IMG/VR virus record: IMGVR_UViG_2690316030_000001
Source: an uncultured virus (IMG/VR IMGVR_UViG_2690316030_000001)
Taxonomy: Duplodnaviria; Heunggongvirae; Uroviricota; Caudoviricetes
Length of the DNA: 64,000 bases
Reading direction: 5' to 3' (one strand)
In this document: positions 54,001 through 62,901 of the stretch, in pieces
Numbering within the stretch: the stretch's first letter is position 1
Layout of the letters: each line of letters begins with the position of its first letter
Position numbers and translations under genes: made by a program
The notes under the pieces: generated by a model
Told to the model about the DNA's origin: nothing
What the model saw: only the letters and a program-made list of their open reading frames with translations
Database searches by the model: none

Positions 54001-55118
54001 TGCCCGAACCGTACGCAAATGGGCACGCCTGGGCAACCGGTATTTTCGGTGGCGGGGCCTGGCAGGACGCCACTGAAACCGGGCCGGGATATGCGAGCGC
54101 TGCTGGTGTCATGATTTCCACCGCCCACGATCTGCTGTTGTGGGCCAAGGAATTACGTGACGGAACTCTGTTGAGTCCTGAGCTGCATGAGCTGAGAACT
54201 AAATGCTACTGGCCCGTTCCGTGGGGTAATGACGATCAACTGACCTACTTCGGCTACGGGCACGGCATGTTCGAGCTCGGCCAGTGGCGCGGCCACGGCG
54301 GGTCGTGGCGAGGGTACGAAGTCTCGGTCTACTACTTGCCGAACGGCACCTTGTTCGCGATGTGTGAGAACGCCCAGACCCCGACCGTTGAGGTTGAGGT
54401 GTCGATGATGTTCAAAATTGGCAAGTACCTATACCCGGATTCTCTGACGGTCCCCGATTATCAGGCGAATCGTGTGTTCGGCATCCCGTCGAAAGCCTCG
54501 GTCGGTAAACCGATCGTCGGCAGTATCGATGTCAAGTTCGACAACAAGAGCACCGTCGGCACAAGTCAGGCGACGATCCCGGAATTCACGCTGGACCCCG
54601 AAGCGAACATCGTCTTCGCCTATATGGCAACGCAATCCGGAATAGACATGTCTGGGGTGACGGCGAAGATCGGTGGCGTCACCATGAACAAACTGCCGGT
54701 TGTCTCCAATGGATCTAACCGGTTGGTGGTGTGGTGGCTGCTCGACCCTCCCACTGGGGCAAGGTCGATCAACCTGATCGGCACACCGTATGGGTCGAAC
54801 TACGCAACCGGTGCGGCGTCCTACAAACTCGCTGCACCCACCGGGATTGAAACACCCGTAGTCACTCAGGGCTACAGCGCATCCCCATCAGTCAGTGCTT
54901 CCACCAATAGCCACGGCAGGATCGTCAACGCCTTCCTGTACGGGGGTCAGACCAGCGCCTACAACCAAACCGAGCGTGGACATTTGGATACCGTGGCGTT
55001 CGGTGCGGGACTGATATTCGGTGACGCACCAGGGGGTTCGGTGACGTTCACCCAAACCCTCACAGCTGCCGCCCCATGGATCGGTATCGCGATCCCCATC
55101 GTCTCCAACGCGGAATAG
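51015..55118 (+). CDS. Multidomain minor tail protein with beta-lactamase/D-Ala-D-Ala carboxypeptidase domain
   Basis: FRIGSCTKSF (SxxK), YVNSNY (YxN), GHGG; Gly-rich segment upstream. Confidence 0.88.
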   Translation: MTSGIPEWAQAIPSAPVHQEQPNELTRPFTAQQLIEFGEQLIEQFLRRVVLAVVGSFIPGEGSFEQLEEWAHSIPIIGDIIEIIKDFLNGNLFGRDGFILSNLIPALSFSWITDEQPNLLVAGNFQDGASIADNPYWTWESGVTHSADSSGSVKVTANGVTKALRSNEILANPGQTMSLEMWVKWSGYTGTNSPIKLQMVEFSGRGDSAVQVGVEDVATLNPNTSTGDWRQMTGNYTVPDGVHAVRVRILVTKDATSGVLNFDDGVGKKTNKIQQGWIDGLSNTFQEVLSRWQLIIDTVVNGITGSNNAFHTLEDLFEAVTHIPLFKILGFGGPGDANTTFEEFLSHLLGGMSGSTDPNANGGFADLFNVAKLLQTAAAMGESAFQILSIRNNTPVNTGLLPSGRSNYGLTSVNTTLSATQSASLIATMRVEQDIALGVVSWLGCGTSGITAFYVNIWKLDGVSGDWSLVHHSPNILSELTAGTTPNWTFYQLDTPVDQKAGETYAYELVPVGGTHSVRGISTTDDIPDHPFAQVVGLAATRDNSSSPNTPPSTIAKSSVVRSGNIPWIETAIDTGNGVGYYDPISVYVVDDGDIPIPSWCNFVDPGCVGAGGGGQMGLTLGFHGEPGTPGLFKATTWQRGVHFGDNAVLHFTKGIGGLGGRPGHDDGEDGTASVWSLPDYTLTAEGGIGGTELQLGSNPIGRGPGTFEYKGEKYVWGADQNVPGRDGVSAGGAGNGGNGLTFQNGGKGADGAGRVRFRQNPLEGESIIGGPGQVLVPSIESTASLGTPTVSGGLSLLPLEDQAAIDAIVAANMTAPGGVLAIQSPDGYYTKAYGKVSTAAGARNVILEDHFRIGSCTKSFTATMILQAVDRGLLSLDDPLEKFLPGVPGGTKITVRHMMCLRSGLFNEQTDPGMMMRYFLMPTSDWTDEETLAIVKQHEPSFEPGQGWAYVNSNYFLLGMIVSIVNGRPTRDVLQTDILDPLGLTQTSWPTTAKMPEPYANGHAWATGIFGGGAWQDATETGPGYASAAGVMISTAHDLLLWAKELRDGTLLSPELHELRTKCYWPVPWGNDDQLTYFGYGHGMFELGQWRGHGGSWRGYEVSVYYLPNGTLFAMCENAQTPTVEVEVSMMFKIGKYLYPDSLTVPDYQANRVFGIPSKASVGKPIVGSIDVKFDNKSTVGTSQATIPEFTLDPEANIVFAYMATQSGIDMSGVTAKIGGVTMNKLPVVSNGSNRLVVWWLLDPPTGARSINLIGTPYGSNYATGAASYKLAAPTGIETPVVTQGYSASPSVSASTNSHGRIVNAFLYGGQTSAYNQTERGHLDTVAFGAGLIFGDAPGGSVTFTQTLTAAAPWIGIAIPIVSNAE

Positions 55119-55129
55119 GGAGAACCTTA

Positions 55130-55528
55130 ATGGTAAACGCTTTGTACGATCACGCCCGAGAAGCATTCCTTAAGGGCGACCTCGACTGGGAAGTGCACAA
55201 CTTCAAAGTCTGCGGAGTGGACGCCACATACACTCCCAATATCGCCACCCATCAGTATCTTTCGCATATCACGGGGGTTGTGTGCACATCCTCCAACCTG
55301 TCCAGTAAGTCATGGACAGCTGGCGTCGCCGATGCTGCTGATGTCGTGTTCCCGACTGTCACTGGTGCAACGATTGTGCGCTGGATCATCTACCAAGACA
55401 CCGGCACCGCGGGGACATCGCAGCTTGTCGCGTTGTATGACACAGCATCCGGGTTGCCGGTGATTCCTGATGGCACGAACATTTCAGTGACCTGGGACAA
55501 CGGGGCCAGTCGGATCTTCCGCATCTAA
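55130..55528 (+). CDS. Minor tail / fibre adaptor protein
   Basis: Resembles 56767-57204; RBS GGGAG. Confidence 0.7.
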   Translation: MVNALYDHAREAFLKGDLDWEVHNFKVCGVDATYTPNIATHQYLSHITGVVCTSSNLSSKSWTAGVADAADVVFPTVTGATIVRWIIYQDTGTAGTSQLVALYDTASGLPVIPDGTNISVTWDNGASRIFRI

Positions 55529-55530
55529 CC

Positions 55531-56751
55531 ATGGCTGGTGTAACCGGCTGGTGGGCCGAAACATTCATCGAGACTACGGGCGCAACACTCACACTGACTG
55601 GCGGGCGCCCACAGATCACTGCAACGCAAGACAACCACATCTCCCCAACTCCGGCAGTCATAACCGTGACCGGCGGGCGGCCAAGTGTGGACGGGCCACC
55701 CATTCAACCCACTCCAGCCCATCTCACAATTACCGGCGGAGAGCCGATAATCCGGGTAGGCAACGTCGTCGCTCCAACAGCCGCCGGTTTGACTATTACC
55801 GGCGGAACGCCATCGATTGTTCAGTCCCAGAACAACATAGTTTCCCCGGCTGGCGCGTCGGTGACCATTACCGGTGGGCGGCCCGTGGTGACTGCGGGAC
55901 CCATCGTGACACCTACCGCTGCGGCGGTGACCGTTACCGGGGGCACTCCGTCGCTCGCTGCACAGATAGCCCCGACGCCCGCCACTGTGACTATTACAGG
56001 CGGACGCCCATCGATAGATGTTCGGTACCCTCCACCTGCCGCGTCTCTGACCATCACGGGTGGACGCCCGGTTATCGATACGCGGGTAGCGCCCGCAGGG
56101 GCCTCCGTGACCATTACGGGCGGAACGCCTGTGGTCACAACCATCCACACCGTGTCCTTTGTTGGCGCCAACGGAAATGCGAGCAGTTCGGTCACAATCC
56201 CCACGCATCAAGTTGGCGATCTGATCGTTCTGTTCGCGTACAACCCGTTCTCAACGTCTGCGCCCACCAAGCCGTCGGCAGGTGGCACGGTACCGAACTA
56301 CACCTACATCGACAATGCCAACAGTGGCAGCGGCTCGGGCTGCGCCACGGCGTATTTCAAAGCTACTGCAACCAATACAACGTCTGGTTCATGGGGTAGT
56401 GCCTCCCACATGATCGCGGTGGTAATACGGGATCAGAACGCATCCTCGCCGATCGGCGGTCATGCCCAAGCCGCTGGAACCGGCGCCTCATCCACTGCGC
56501 CGTCGGTGACATTGACCCACACAGACGGATCCTCGGTGCTGCTGCATTTCCATGGGCACGCCAGCTTGGGTGCTAGCGGATGGGATGCCGCGCCAGCGGG
56601 ATACACGCGCCAAGCGTCATCTGGTTCGGCGTTCGGTTCGGCCTCTGCCTTCAACACCAAGAACGTGACCACCACCGATGGATCTGTGGCTCAGACGGGT
56701 GGACAGTCCGGCCAGAACTACGCGGCAGCAACCGTCGAAATCATCAACTAA
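55531..56751 (+). CDS. Tail fibre-like protein with nine T[I/V/L]TGGxP repeats
   Basis: Tandem ~18-23 aa repeats followed by a Ser/Thr/Gly-rich beta domain. Confidence 0.78.
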   Translation: MAGVTGWWAETFIETTGATLTLTGGRPQITATQDNHISPTPAVITVTGGRPSVDGPPIQPTPAHLTITGGEPIIRVGNVVAPTAAGLTITGGTPSIVQSQNNIVSPAGASVTITGGRPVVTAGPIVTPTAAAVTVTGGTPSLAAQIAPTPATVTITGGRPSIDVRYPPPAASLTITGGRPVIDTRVAPAGASVTITGGTPVVTTIHTVSFVGANGNASSSVTIPTHQVGDLIVLFAYNPFSTSAPTKPSAGGTVPNYTYIDNANSGSGSGCATAYFKATATNTTSGSWGSASHMIAVVIRDQNASSPIGGHAQAAGTGASSTAPSVTLTHTDGSSVLLHFHGHASLGASGWDAAPAGYTRQASSGSAFGSASAFNTKNVTTTDGSVAQTGGQSGQNYAAATVEIIN

Positions 56752-56766
56752 CGAAAGGACACCCCA

Positions 56767-57204
56767 ATGACTGCAGGAACATGGACGTATCCGACTGCGG
56801 CGCGGAAGAACGTCATAGACGGCACGTTCGATGTGGACTCCGATACCTGGCGAGTTGCCCTGGTAACCGCTTCATCCAATATCGGTGCATCAACCACCAC
56901 ATGGGCCGGTGTTACCAATGAGGTGGCGAACGGAAATGGTTACACCACAGGTGGTGTCGCTGTGTCGCTCACCATCGGTGGAACGACCAGCCCATCCGTA
57001 ACCTTCGCCACCAACCCATCGTGGACTGCATCCGGCGGCAGTATCACCGCCCGGTACGCGGTGCTTTATGAGCTTGGCGGCAACGTGATGTGCTACGTGC
57101 TCTTAGATAACACCCCTGCCGATGTGGTGACTACCAACGGCAACTCACTCACGATTGATGGCGACGGAACTCCTTCGCCGATCTACACGGTGACATTCGC
57201 TTAG
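56767..57204 (+). CDS. Minor tail / fibre adaptor protein
   Basis: EVANGNGYTTGG, WTASGGSITARYAVLY. Confidence 0.72.
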   Translation: MTAGTWTYPTAARKNVIDGTFDVDSDTWRVALVTASSNIGASTTTWAGVTNEVANGNGYTTGGVAVSLTIGGTTSPSVTFATNPSWTASGGSITARYAVLYELGGNVMCYVLLDNTPADVVTTNGNSLTIDGDGTPSPIYTVTFA

Positions 57205-57220
57205 CACGCATCTCCTAGTG

Positions 57221-57246
57221 GGCCTCGCTAGTGCGGGGTCTTTTTT
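57221..57246 (+). terminator. Intrinsic terminator ending the tail operon
   Basis: GGCCTCGC-TAGT-GCGGGGTC-TTTTTT. Confidence 0.8.
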
Positions 57247-57464
57247 AATGCCCGAAAGAGGTCGCATGTTCTCTCAACTGCTGCGTTACCCCGCCTTCTA
57301 CGCCGTTATCGGGTTGGCGGGGTTCGGGTTCGGAGTGTGGTTCCGGCGCTCCCGCTGGGTGACAGCGGGTAGACCGGGCCTTGATCCCCGGATTGGAGGC
57401 ATCTAGTGAATTGGTTGCGCCGCAATATCAATGAGTGGCTGGCCGCTATCTGGTGGTCGTACTA

Positions 57465-58862
57465 ATGGCCGTCCTACGTACGAATGTTGAGTTCGCGAAG
57501 CGGATCTTCCAGGACCGTGTCGGCAACGACTACGTCTACGGCGGGAACTGGAACCCGTTCAACCTCAAGGTCGGGACGGACTGCTCCGGTCTGGTCATTG
57601 ACATCTGTGATGCGGTGCGCAACGGGACCGCGATGGCCTGGACGCGGCATGGGATGTCCACCGAGAGCTGGCGTCCGATCGAGGTAGGTCAGACCGGAAC
57701 GATCTTCAACACCATCTGCGTGGCGTCGCCGAATGACTTCCCAGCTGATGCTGCGGTGAAGATTGCCATCCATCACGGTCCCGGCGGTGGGGCGAACAGC
57801 CACATGTGGTGTGAGGTTGAAGGAATCCGTATGGAGTCCAACGGCTCCGATGGGTGTGTTACCGGCAATCAGGCGCGCTCTGTGTACGACACGAGCTATG
57901 CGAACGACTGGCACTATCTGCCAGGACCGATCACGGGCCAGGCGGGTGTCGATCCCGCAGGAGTGCTGGCACGCGCCACCGGGCTAAGTGTCCCAAGAGC
58001 CGCCGAGATTCTGCCCGCGGTGTCCGATGGGCTCAAGGCTAGCCAGTGCACGAACGTCAATCGGATAGCGATGTGGCTGGCGCAGGTAGGGCACGAGTCA
58101 GCCGGCTTCAATGCCACCGAAGAGTACGCCTCTGGTGCCGCCTATGAAGGGCGTGCAGATCTGGGCAACACCCAGCCGGGGGATGGGGTGCGGTTTAAGG
58201 GCCGCAGCTGGATTCAGATCACCGGACGCAACAACTACGGGCTGTTCTCCCAGTGGGCGTACCGGCAGCGGTTGGTTCCAACACCGACCTACTTTGTCGA
58301 CCACTCCACCGAGCTCGCCGACTTGAAGTGGGCCGGTATCGGTGCGGCCTGGTACTGGACGGTGGCCCGCTCGGACATCAACGCCCTGTCTGATCGGCAG
58401 GACTTGGAGACGGTCACGCGCCGAATCAATGGCGGCACCAACGGATTGGCCGATCGCCGCGACCGATACAACCGCGCCCTACTGCAGGGTGACGCGCTGC
58501 TGCAACTTCTCAATCAGGAGGAAGACGACATGTTTACCGACGACGACCGCAACCTTCTGCGGCAGGTGGCCGGGGTGCGGCGCCCGTCGCTCTCGCCGCT
58601 ACGTCACCTCGATGAAGGCGACGTGAACACGTGCGCCGGGTTCGCGTGGACAGCGGACGGCCTAACCCACCCGCAGTTCGTGGCAATGGCCGCCAAGTAC
58701 GGGCACATGGACAGCATCCGCCTCTTGGGTGAGGTGGCTGGAGCCGACCCCGTGAAGTACCCCGACCGGCAGGAGGACGCAGCCCTAGCCAAGGCGATCC
58801 TCGCCGATGTCTACGCCGCCAACCCCGCCGCCCTCCAGCGGTTCGCTCAGAACGGAGCCTAG
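57465..58862 (+). CDS. lysA: Lysin A (N-terminal Cys peptidase-like, GH19 glycoside hydrolase, C-terminal domain)
   Basis: TDCSGLV...SHMW; LAQVGHES, FKGRSWIQITGRNNY, VTRRINGGTNGLADR. Confidence 0.9.
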   Translation: MAVLRTNVEFAKRIFQDRVGNDYVYGGNWNPFNLKVGTDCSGLVIDICDAVRNGTAMAWTRHGMSTESWRPIEVGQTGTIFNTICVASPNDFPADAAVKIAIHHGPGGGANSHMWCEVEGIRMESNGSDGCVTGNQARSVYDTSYANDWHYLPGPITGQAGVDPAGVLARATGLSVPRAAEILPAVSDGLKASQCTNVNRIAMWLAQVGHESAGFNATEEYASGAAYEGRADLGNTQPGDGVRFKGRSWIQITGRNNYGLFSQWAYRQRLVPTPTYFVDHSTELADLKWAGIGAAWYWTVARSDINALSDRQDLETVTRRINGGTNGLADRRDRYNRALLQGDALLQLLNQEEDDMFTDDDRNLLRQVAGVRRPSLSPLRHLDEGDVNTCAGFAWTADGLTHPQFVAMAAKYGHMDSIRLLGEVAGADPVKYPDRQEDAALAKAILADVYAANPAALQRFAQNGA

Positions 58863-58864
58863 AA

Positions 58865-59299
58865 ATGAAGTACACCCCGAACACCATCTTCCGTGCCGTA
58901 ACCGCATTCGTGGTCGCATTCGGTGGCGCTGCCGCGACAGCCGCACAGGGCGGCGATTTGGCCGCCATGGATATCGGTGGATGGTTGACCGCCATCGGCT
59001 CGGGACTCACCGCCGCGGGCGCGCTGTTTGTGCGCCCCTCAAAGGGCGGCGACCCCGTAGAGGCTGTCACCACAAGCCTGTCCGACGCGCTCGTTAAAGC
59101 CGATGAGGCCCGCAACCACATCGGATCCGTAATCGACGAAGCGCAGGGCAAGGTCAGCGATTTCGTCAGGACCACCACCGCGGCCATTGGGCAGGTTCAG
59201 CAGACAATCGGCGGTGTAGGCGCGGCCGGTGTAGGCGAGACCTTGCCTGACGACGCTGAAGCCATCATCAACGGGGTTATCCGGCGAGCCCAGAAGTGA
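58865..59299 (+). CDS. Holin
   Basis: Two N-terminal TM helices; lies between lysA and lysB. Confidence 0.7.
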   Translation: MKYTPNTIFRAVTAFVVAFGGAAATAAQGGDLAAMDIGGWLTAIGSGLTAAGALFVRPSKGGDPVEAVTTSLSDALVKADEARNHIGSVIDEAQGKVSDFVRTTTAAIGQVQQTIGGVGAAGVGETLPDDAEAIINGVIRRAQK

Positions 59300-60264
59300 T
59301 CCTCACCCTCGGTTCCCATGGGGAGGTAGTAGCGAGGTGGCAGCGGGTCATGGTGGCCCGCTACGCCTCCTACGCCAAAGCCGCTGGCGGGGGACCGCTG
59401 AAGGTTGATTCGTACTTCGGGTACGACGACCAAGCCGTCCAGAAGGAATACCAGCGCAGAACCAACCAACCCCAGACTGGAATCGTTTCAGCAGCCGATC
59501 TGGTGAAGCTGGGTTTGACGCCGCTGTTCTTCACGGTCGAGGGCCATCTGTCCGACATGTTTGTCGGGCCTTGCGCTTTCGTGGCTTCCACTTTGGAGCG
59601 TGAAGGGCGGGCGGTGTGGCGGCCCACCGGCTACGACAACGTACGGCTGCCGTTCAACAACCAGTCCGGTGTGGACGAACTGGTGAACCGGTTGGACACG
59701 AAGCTGTTCGATGATGGCACACCATTCCCGGAGGGAACCCCGTGGAATCTGGCGATCTTCAGTCAGGGTGCAATGGTCGGCTGCGAGGTCATGGAAAAGC
59801 ACGTCCTACCGACTAATGGCAGGTTGCATTACCGGCTGAAGGATTTCCGCAAGGGCATAGCTTTGGGGAACCCCTACCGGCTGATCAACCAGTGTGCGCC
59901 TTGGGTTCCCGACCCGCCCCAGCCGAACACACAGGGAATCATGGACTGGCACTTTGATTTCCTGAAATACCCCGAGCTGGCGGGGAAGTGGCAGGAACAT
60001 GCCCGCACCCGCGATTGGTACGCCGAGAACCGGTTGGATGAGGCCGGTCAAAACATGACCGCGATAGCCCGCATAATCACCCAATCCTCCTGGACCGGTG
60101 GGGCTTCCTCGATAGTGGCCCGAATCATGGACCTCTTCATCAACCCATTCGACGGGTTGATCGACATCGTATGGGCCATCGTCAGAACATTCCAAGGCAT
60201 CGCGCATTTAGAGGCCCACGGCACCTACGACCTGAATCCAGTCCTCGACTGGTTCCGCTCTTAA
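59296..60264 (+). CDS. lysB: Lysin B (PG-binding domain plus cutinase-like esterase)
   Basis: LGSHGEVVARWQ...FGYDDQAVQKEYQ; FSQGA, GNPYR, HGTY. Confidence 0.88.
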   Translation: MILTLGSHGEVVARWQRVMVARYASYAKAAGGGPLKVDSYFGYDDQAVQKEYQRRTNQPQTGIVSAADLVKLGLTPLFFTVEGHLSDMFVGPCAFVASTLEREGRAVWRPTGYDNVRLPFNNQSGVDELVNRLDTKLFDDGTPFPEGTPWNLAIFSQGAMVGCEVMEKHVLPTNGRLHYRLKDFRKGIALGNPYRLINQCAPWVPDPPQPNTQGIMDWHFDFLKYPELAGKWQEHARTRDWYAENRLDEAGQNMTAIARIITQSSWTGGASSIVARIMDLFINPFDGLIDIVWAIVRTFQGIAHLEAHGTYDLNPVLDWFRS

Positions 60265-60312
60265 CAACTGAATAGAGCCCTCGAAGCGCCCCATGAAAGG
60301 CGGTTCAAACAA

Positions 60313-60531
60313 ATGTCCATCCGAGATCTACTCACTGAGCGATCCAAGCCGAAGCCGAAGGTATGTACCACATGCCAATGGTTCGCGACTCAGCCAGAAG
60401 ATGAGCAGGCTGCAGCCAAAGAGTGGGCGGCGGCAGGCTTCTCCAGCGCGGAGTTGTGGCGCGGCATAAGGGAGTTGGGATACCCATTGGCGGAGGCGGC
60501 ATTACGCCGCCATTTCAAGGAATGTCGTTGA
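60313..60531 (+). CDS. Small Cys/His protein
   Basis: CTTC...LRRHFKEC; coupled to the next gene. Confidence 0.65.
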   Translation: MSIRDLLTERSKPKPKVCTTCQWFATQPEDEQAAAKEWAAAGFSSAELWRGIRELGYPLAEAALRRHFKECR

Positions 60532-61724
60532 GTATCCGCGATAGCCTGAACAAGCGACGTCCCGTGGCCGAGGAGTCGGCGCCGGAACAGGCGAAAATGC
60601 GCGCGGAGTGGGACGGCACCGCGGGATTCATTCAGACGGGTAAGGTCTCAGATGACTTCGACGAGCAGGACTTCGAAGGCATCCTCAACGAGTTCGCCGA
60701 CGAACTGCACTACGACCCAGCCAAGGTGGAGATAGCAGGTAACCCTCAGGTTGTCGTGTGGGAGACGGGCTTCCGCAACAAGGACGGGGAGTGGGAGAAG
60801 CACAAGCACCACTCCTGGCGCTATCACCTCGCCGTCCGGCGCTGGGCTGTTGATCTTCCCGCTTTGTATGCGGAGGTCCGCAGAACCAAGTCTGTGCAGC
60901 CGAAGAAACCTACGGGTGAATCAACGGTTGTGGTGTGCTGGGCCGATATTCAGACCGGGAAGGTCGACCATCTCGGCGGGGTCAAAGAGCTACTGCTGCG
61001 CCTTCAGGAAAAGCGGGAAAACCTGAATGCCTACCTGAAACGTTCAAGGTTCGATCGCATCATCATCGCGGACGTGGGTGACATCGTGGAGGGCTTCGAC
61101 AATGTCACGGCCCAAACCCGCACCAACGGCCTATCTCTCATGGATCAGGTCGAGGTTGCCGCCACGGAGTTCTGGAAGACCATCACCCTGTGCGCCAAGC
61201 ATGCCCCCGTGGATGTTCTGTCCATCCCTTCAAATCACGGGCAGTGGCGGCGTGGAAAGGATCTAGTCGGGAAACCCACTGATGACTGGGGATTGGCCAT
61301 CTCAAAACGTCTCGAATGGCACAACAACCCCGACAATCAAGGGCCGAACCTGCCGGTGGAGTTCCACCGGCCGCCTGAGTGGTGCGAGACGCTGCAGTTC
61401 GATGTACGCGGCACAAGGTTAGGGCTGGCGCACGGTCACCAAGCCTCCGGTGCCGACAGGGTTAAGACGTGGTGGGAGAAGATGACCCACGGTGGCGTCA
61501 TGGACTGCCACGTTCTGCTCACTGGCCATTTTCATTACGCCAGCCTTCGCCCCCATGGGCGGGATCAAGTCACAGGTAAGGCGCGCTGGCACATCCAAGC
61601 CTCAACCCTGGACAACGGTTCAGCGTGGGTGATGAACAAGATGGGCGAAGACGGCGACCCGGCACTGACGGTGTTCCAGATCAATAACGACGGCTTCGAC
61701 GTACAGAGCTTTGCACTCCTTTGA
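60528..61724 (+). CDS. Calcineurin-like metallophosphoesterase / nuclease
   Basis: ADIQTG, GDIVEG, SNHG, AHGH, GHFH. Confidence 0.85.
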   Translation: MSIRDSLNKRRPVAEESAPEQAKMRAEWDGTAGFIQTGKVSDDFDEQDFEGILNEFADELHYDPAKVEIAGNPQVVVWETGFRNKDGEWEKHKHHSWRYHLAVRRWAVDLPALYAEVRRTKSVQPKKPTGESTVVVCWADIQTGKVDHLGGVKELLLRLQEKRENLNAYLKRSRFDRIIIADVGDIVEGFDNVTAQTRTNGLSLMDQVEVAATEFWKTITLCAKHAPVDVLSIPSNHGQWRRGKDLVGKPTDDWGLAISKRLEWHNNPDNQGPNLPVEFHRPPEWCETLQFDVRGTRLGLAHGHQASGADRVKTWWEKMTHGGVMDCHVLLTGHFHYASLRPHGRDQVTGKARWHIQASTLDNGSAWVMNKMGEDGDPALTVFQINNDGFDVQSFALL

Positions 61725-61749
61725 TACCCGCTGATACTTGGGAGCCGCG

Positions 61750-61974
61750 ATGAGTGAACACCCTGACGAACTCATACAGAAGTACGTCGAAGCGATGGAT
61801 CAGGAACCCGGCTGGCGGGTATCAGATTTCGTGCTCATGGTCGGATTTGAGAGAGTCCAAGCGGACGGCACCATAGAGCACACCTACGGCGTGTATGAAG
61901 GGGAGAACCAATCGCCCTGGGCTACACACGGTTTAGTCGCAAACGGTATAGAACACCTAGAACGAACTGAGTAG
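61750..61974 (+). CDS. Hypothetical protein
   Basis: RBS GGAG; co-directional with the late genes. Confidence 0.55.
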   Translation: MSEHPDELIQKYVEAMDQEPGWRVSDFVLMVGFERVQADGTIEHTYGVYEGENQSPWATHGLVANGIEHLERTE

Positions 61975-62184
61975 CGGCACTGGTACGTAGCCATCGGGCG
62001 AATCGTCGTAGCGCTCAACAAAGACCTGAAAGCGTGGGCCGATCATGGCTTGGATGATCGGGGCATCAGCCTCAGCTTCACCCCGCGTCCGGTATGCCCC
62101 GAAGTACGGTATGGACTCGGGAGAGCGGGCTTGATTGTGTGCAACAAACCACTTCTCGCCCGCAGTGAAGAGATCCAGAATCAC
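61957..62184 (-). CDS. Hypothetical protein behind element copy 6
   Basis: GTG abuts the element. Confidence 0.65.
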   Translation of the reverse strand: MILDLFTAGEKWFVAHNQARSPESIPYFGAYRTRGEAEADAPIIQAMIGPRFQVFVERYDDSPDGYVPVPLLSSF

Positions 62185-62226
62185 ATCTCAATTTTACGGC
62201 GCTACAGCAGTATCCACGGGGTCTAG
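62185..62226 (-). repeat. 42 bp start-associated element, copy 6
   Basis: CTAGACCCCGTGGATACTGCTGTAGCGCCGTAAAATTGAGAT then GTG. Confidence 0.85.
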
Positions 62227-62229
62227 CGG

Positions 62230-62415
62230 CTATGTCCGAGGTTCATCCGACTTTCGGGTGAACAAAAACTGGCGTCCACAACCCTCAATCGGACAAACGG
62301 CAACATCGCCCCATGCATGACGTGACGGCGGAACTTCTGTGACACGGGCAAGACTGGGCCCGCACCGATCGATTTGCCCGGCCAGATCGCATGCCGCACA
62401 TTCGGGGTTGGTCAT
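62230..62415 (-). CDS. Small Cys-rich protein behind element copy 7
   Basis: CAAC...H...CPIEGC; ATG abuts the element. Confidence 0.65.
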   Translation of the reverse strand: MTNPECAACDLAGQIDRCGPSLARVTEVPPSRHAWGDVAVCPIEGCGRQFLFTRKSDEPRT

Positions 62416-62458
62416 ACCCTCAATTATCCGGCGTTTCAGCCGAAGTCGCGGTGTCTAG
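62416..62458 (-). repeat. 43 bp start-associated element, copy 7
   Basis: CTAGACACCGCGACTTCGGCTGAAACGCCGGATAATTGAGGGT then ATG. Confidence 0.9.
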
Positions 62459-62596
62459 GCCCCGCGCGAGGAGAGCGCGCAGGGAACTAGCTCACCGTAC
62501 CGCGCCCATCTATTTGATGTATCCGGCGTCGCGGACAAAATAGCCCGCCGCCTGTGTGTTTCTAACTTATCCACAACCTAATCGGGGAGGGTTCCC

Positions 62597-62839
62597 ATGG
62601 CTTTACATCCATCTGATTGGGCGTGGATCACTATGGCTGCCGGGATCGTCGCCTACGAGATCACCTGCCCGCCCGGAGAACTACTCAGTGACGCCACTAC
62701 CCGCTACGGGCAGTCTCACATGTTCCTCAGCTCAGCCGTGATCGGGGTAGTCGCCGTGCATCTGCTGCGCACCACCGGACTGCTGCGGTTCATCCCCGAA
62801 CAGCTCGACCTAATCCATTTGTTGGCTTCACTGAAATGA
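62597..62839 (+). CDS. Small two-TM membrane protein
   Basis: RBS GGAGG; two hydrophobic helices. Confidence 0.7.
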   Translation: MALHPSDWAWITMAAGIVAYEITCPPGELLSDATTRYGQSHMFLSSAVIGVVAVHLLRTTGLLRFIPEQLDLIHLLASLK

Positions 62840-62901
62840 GAGGACACCGCTATGTGCAGAGTTGAGACCTGGAAGTGTGAGCCGTCGGTGGAGACTTCGC
62901 G

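Noticed and set aside
53400..54460. Beta-lactamase domain as an antibiotic resistance gene
   Set aside because: Embedded in a virion tail protein; a peptidoglycan-hydrolase role is more parsimonious
62567..62575. Perfect DnaA box TTATCCACA
   Set aside because: Single copy; plausible by chance in 64 kb
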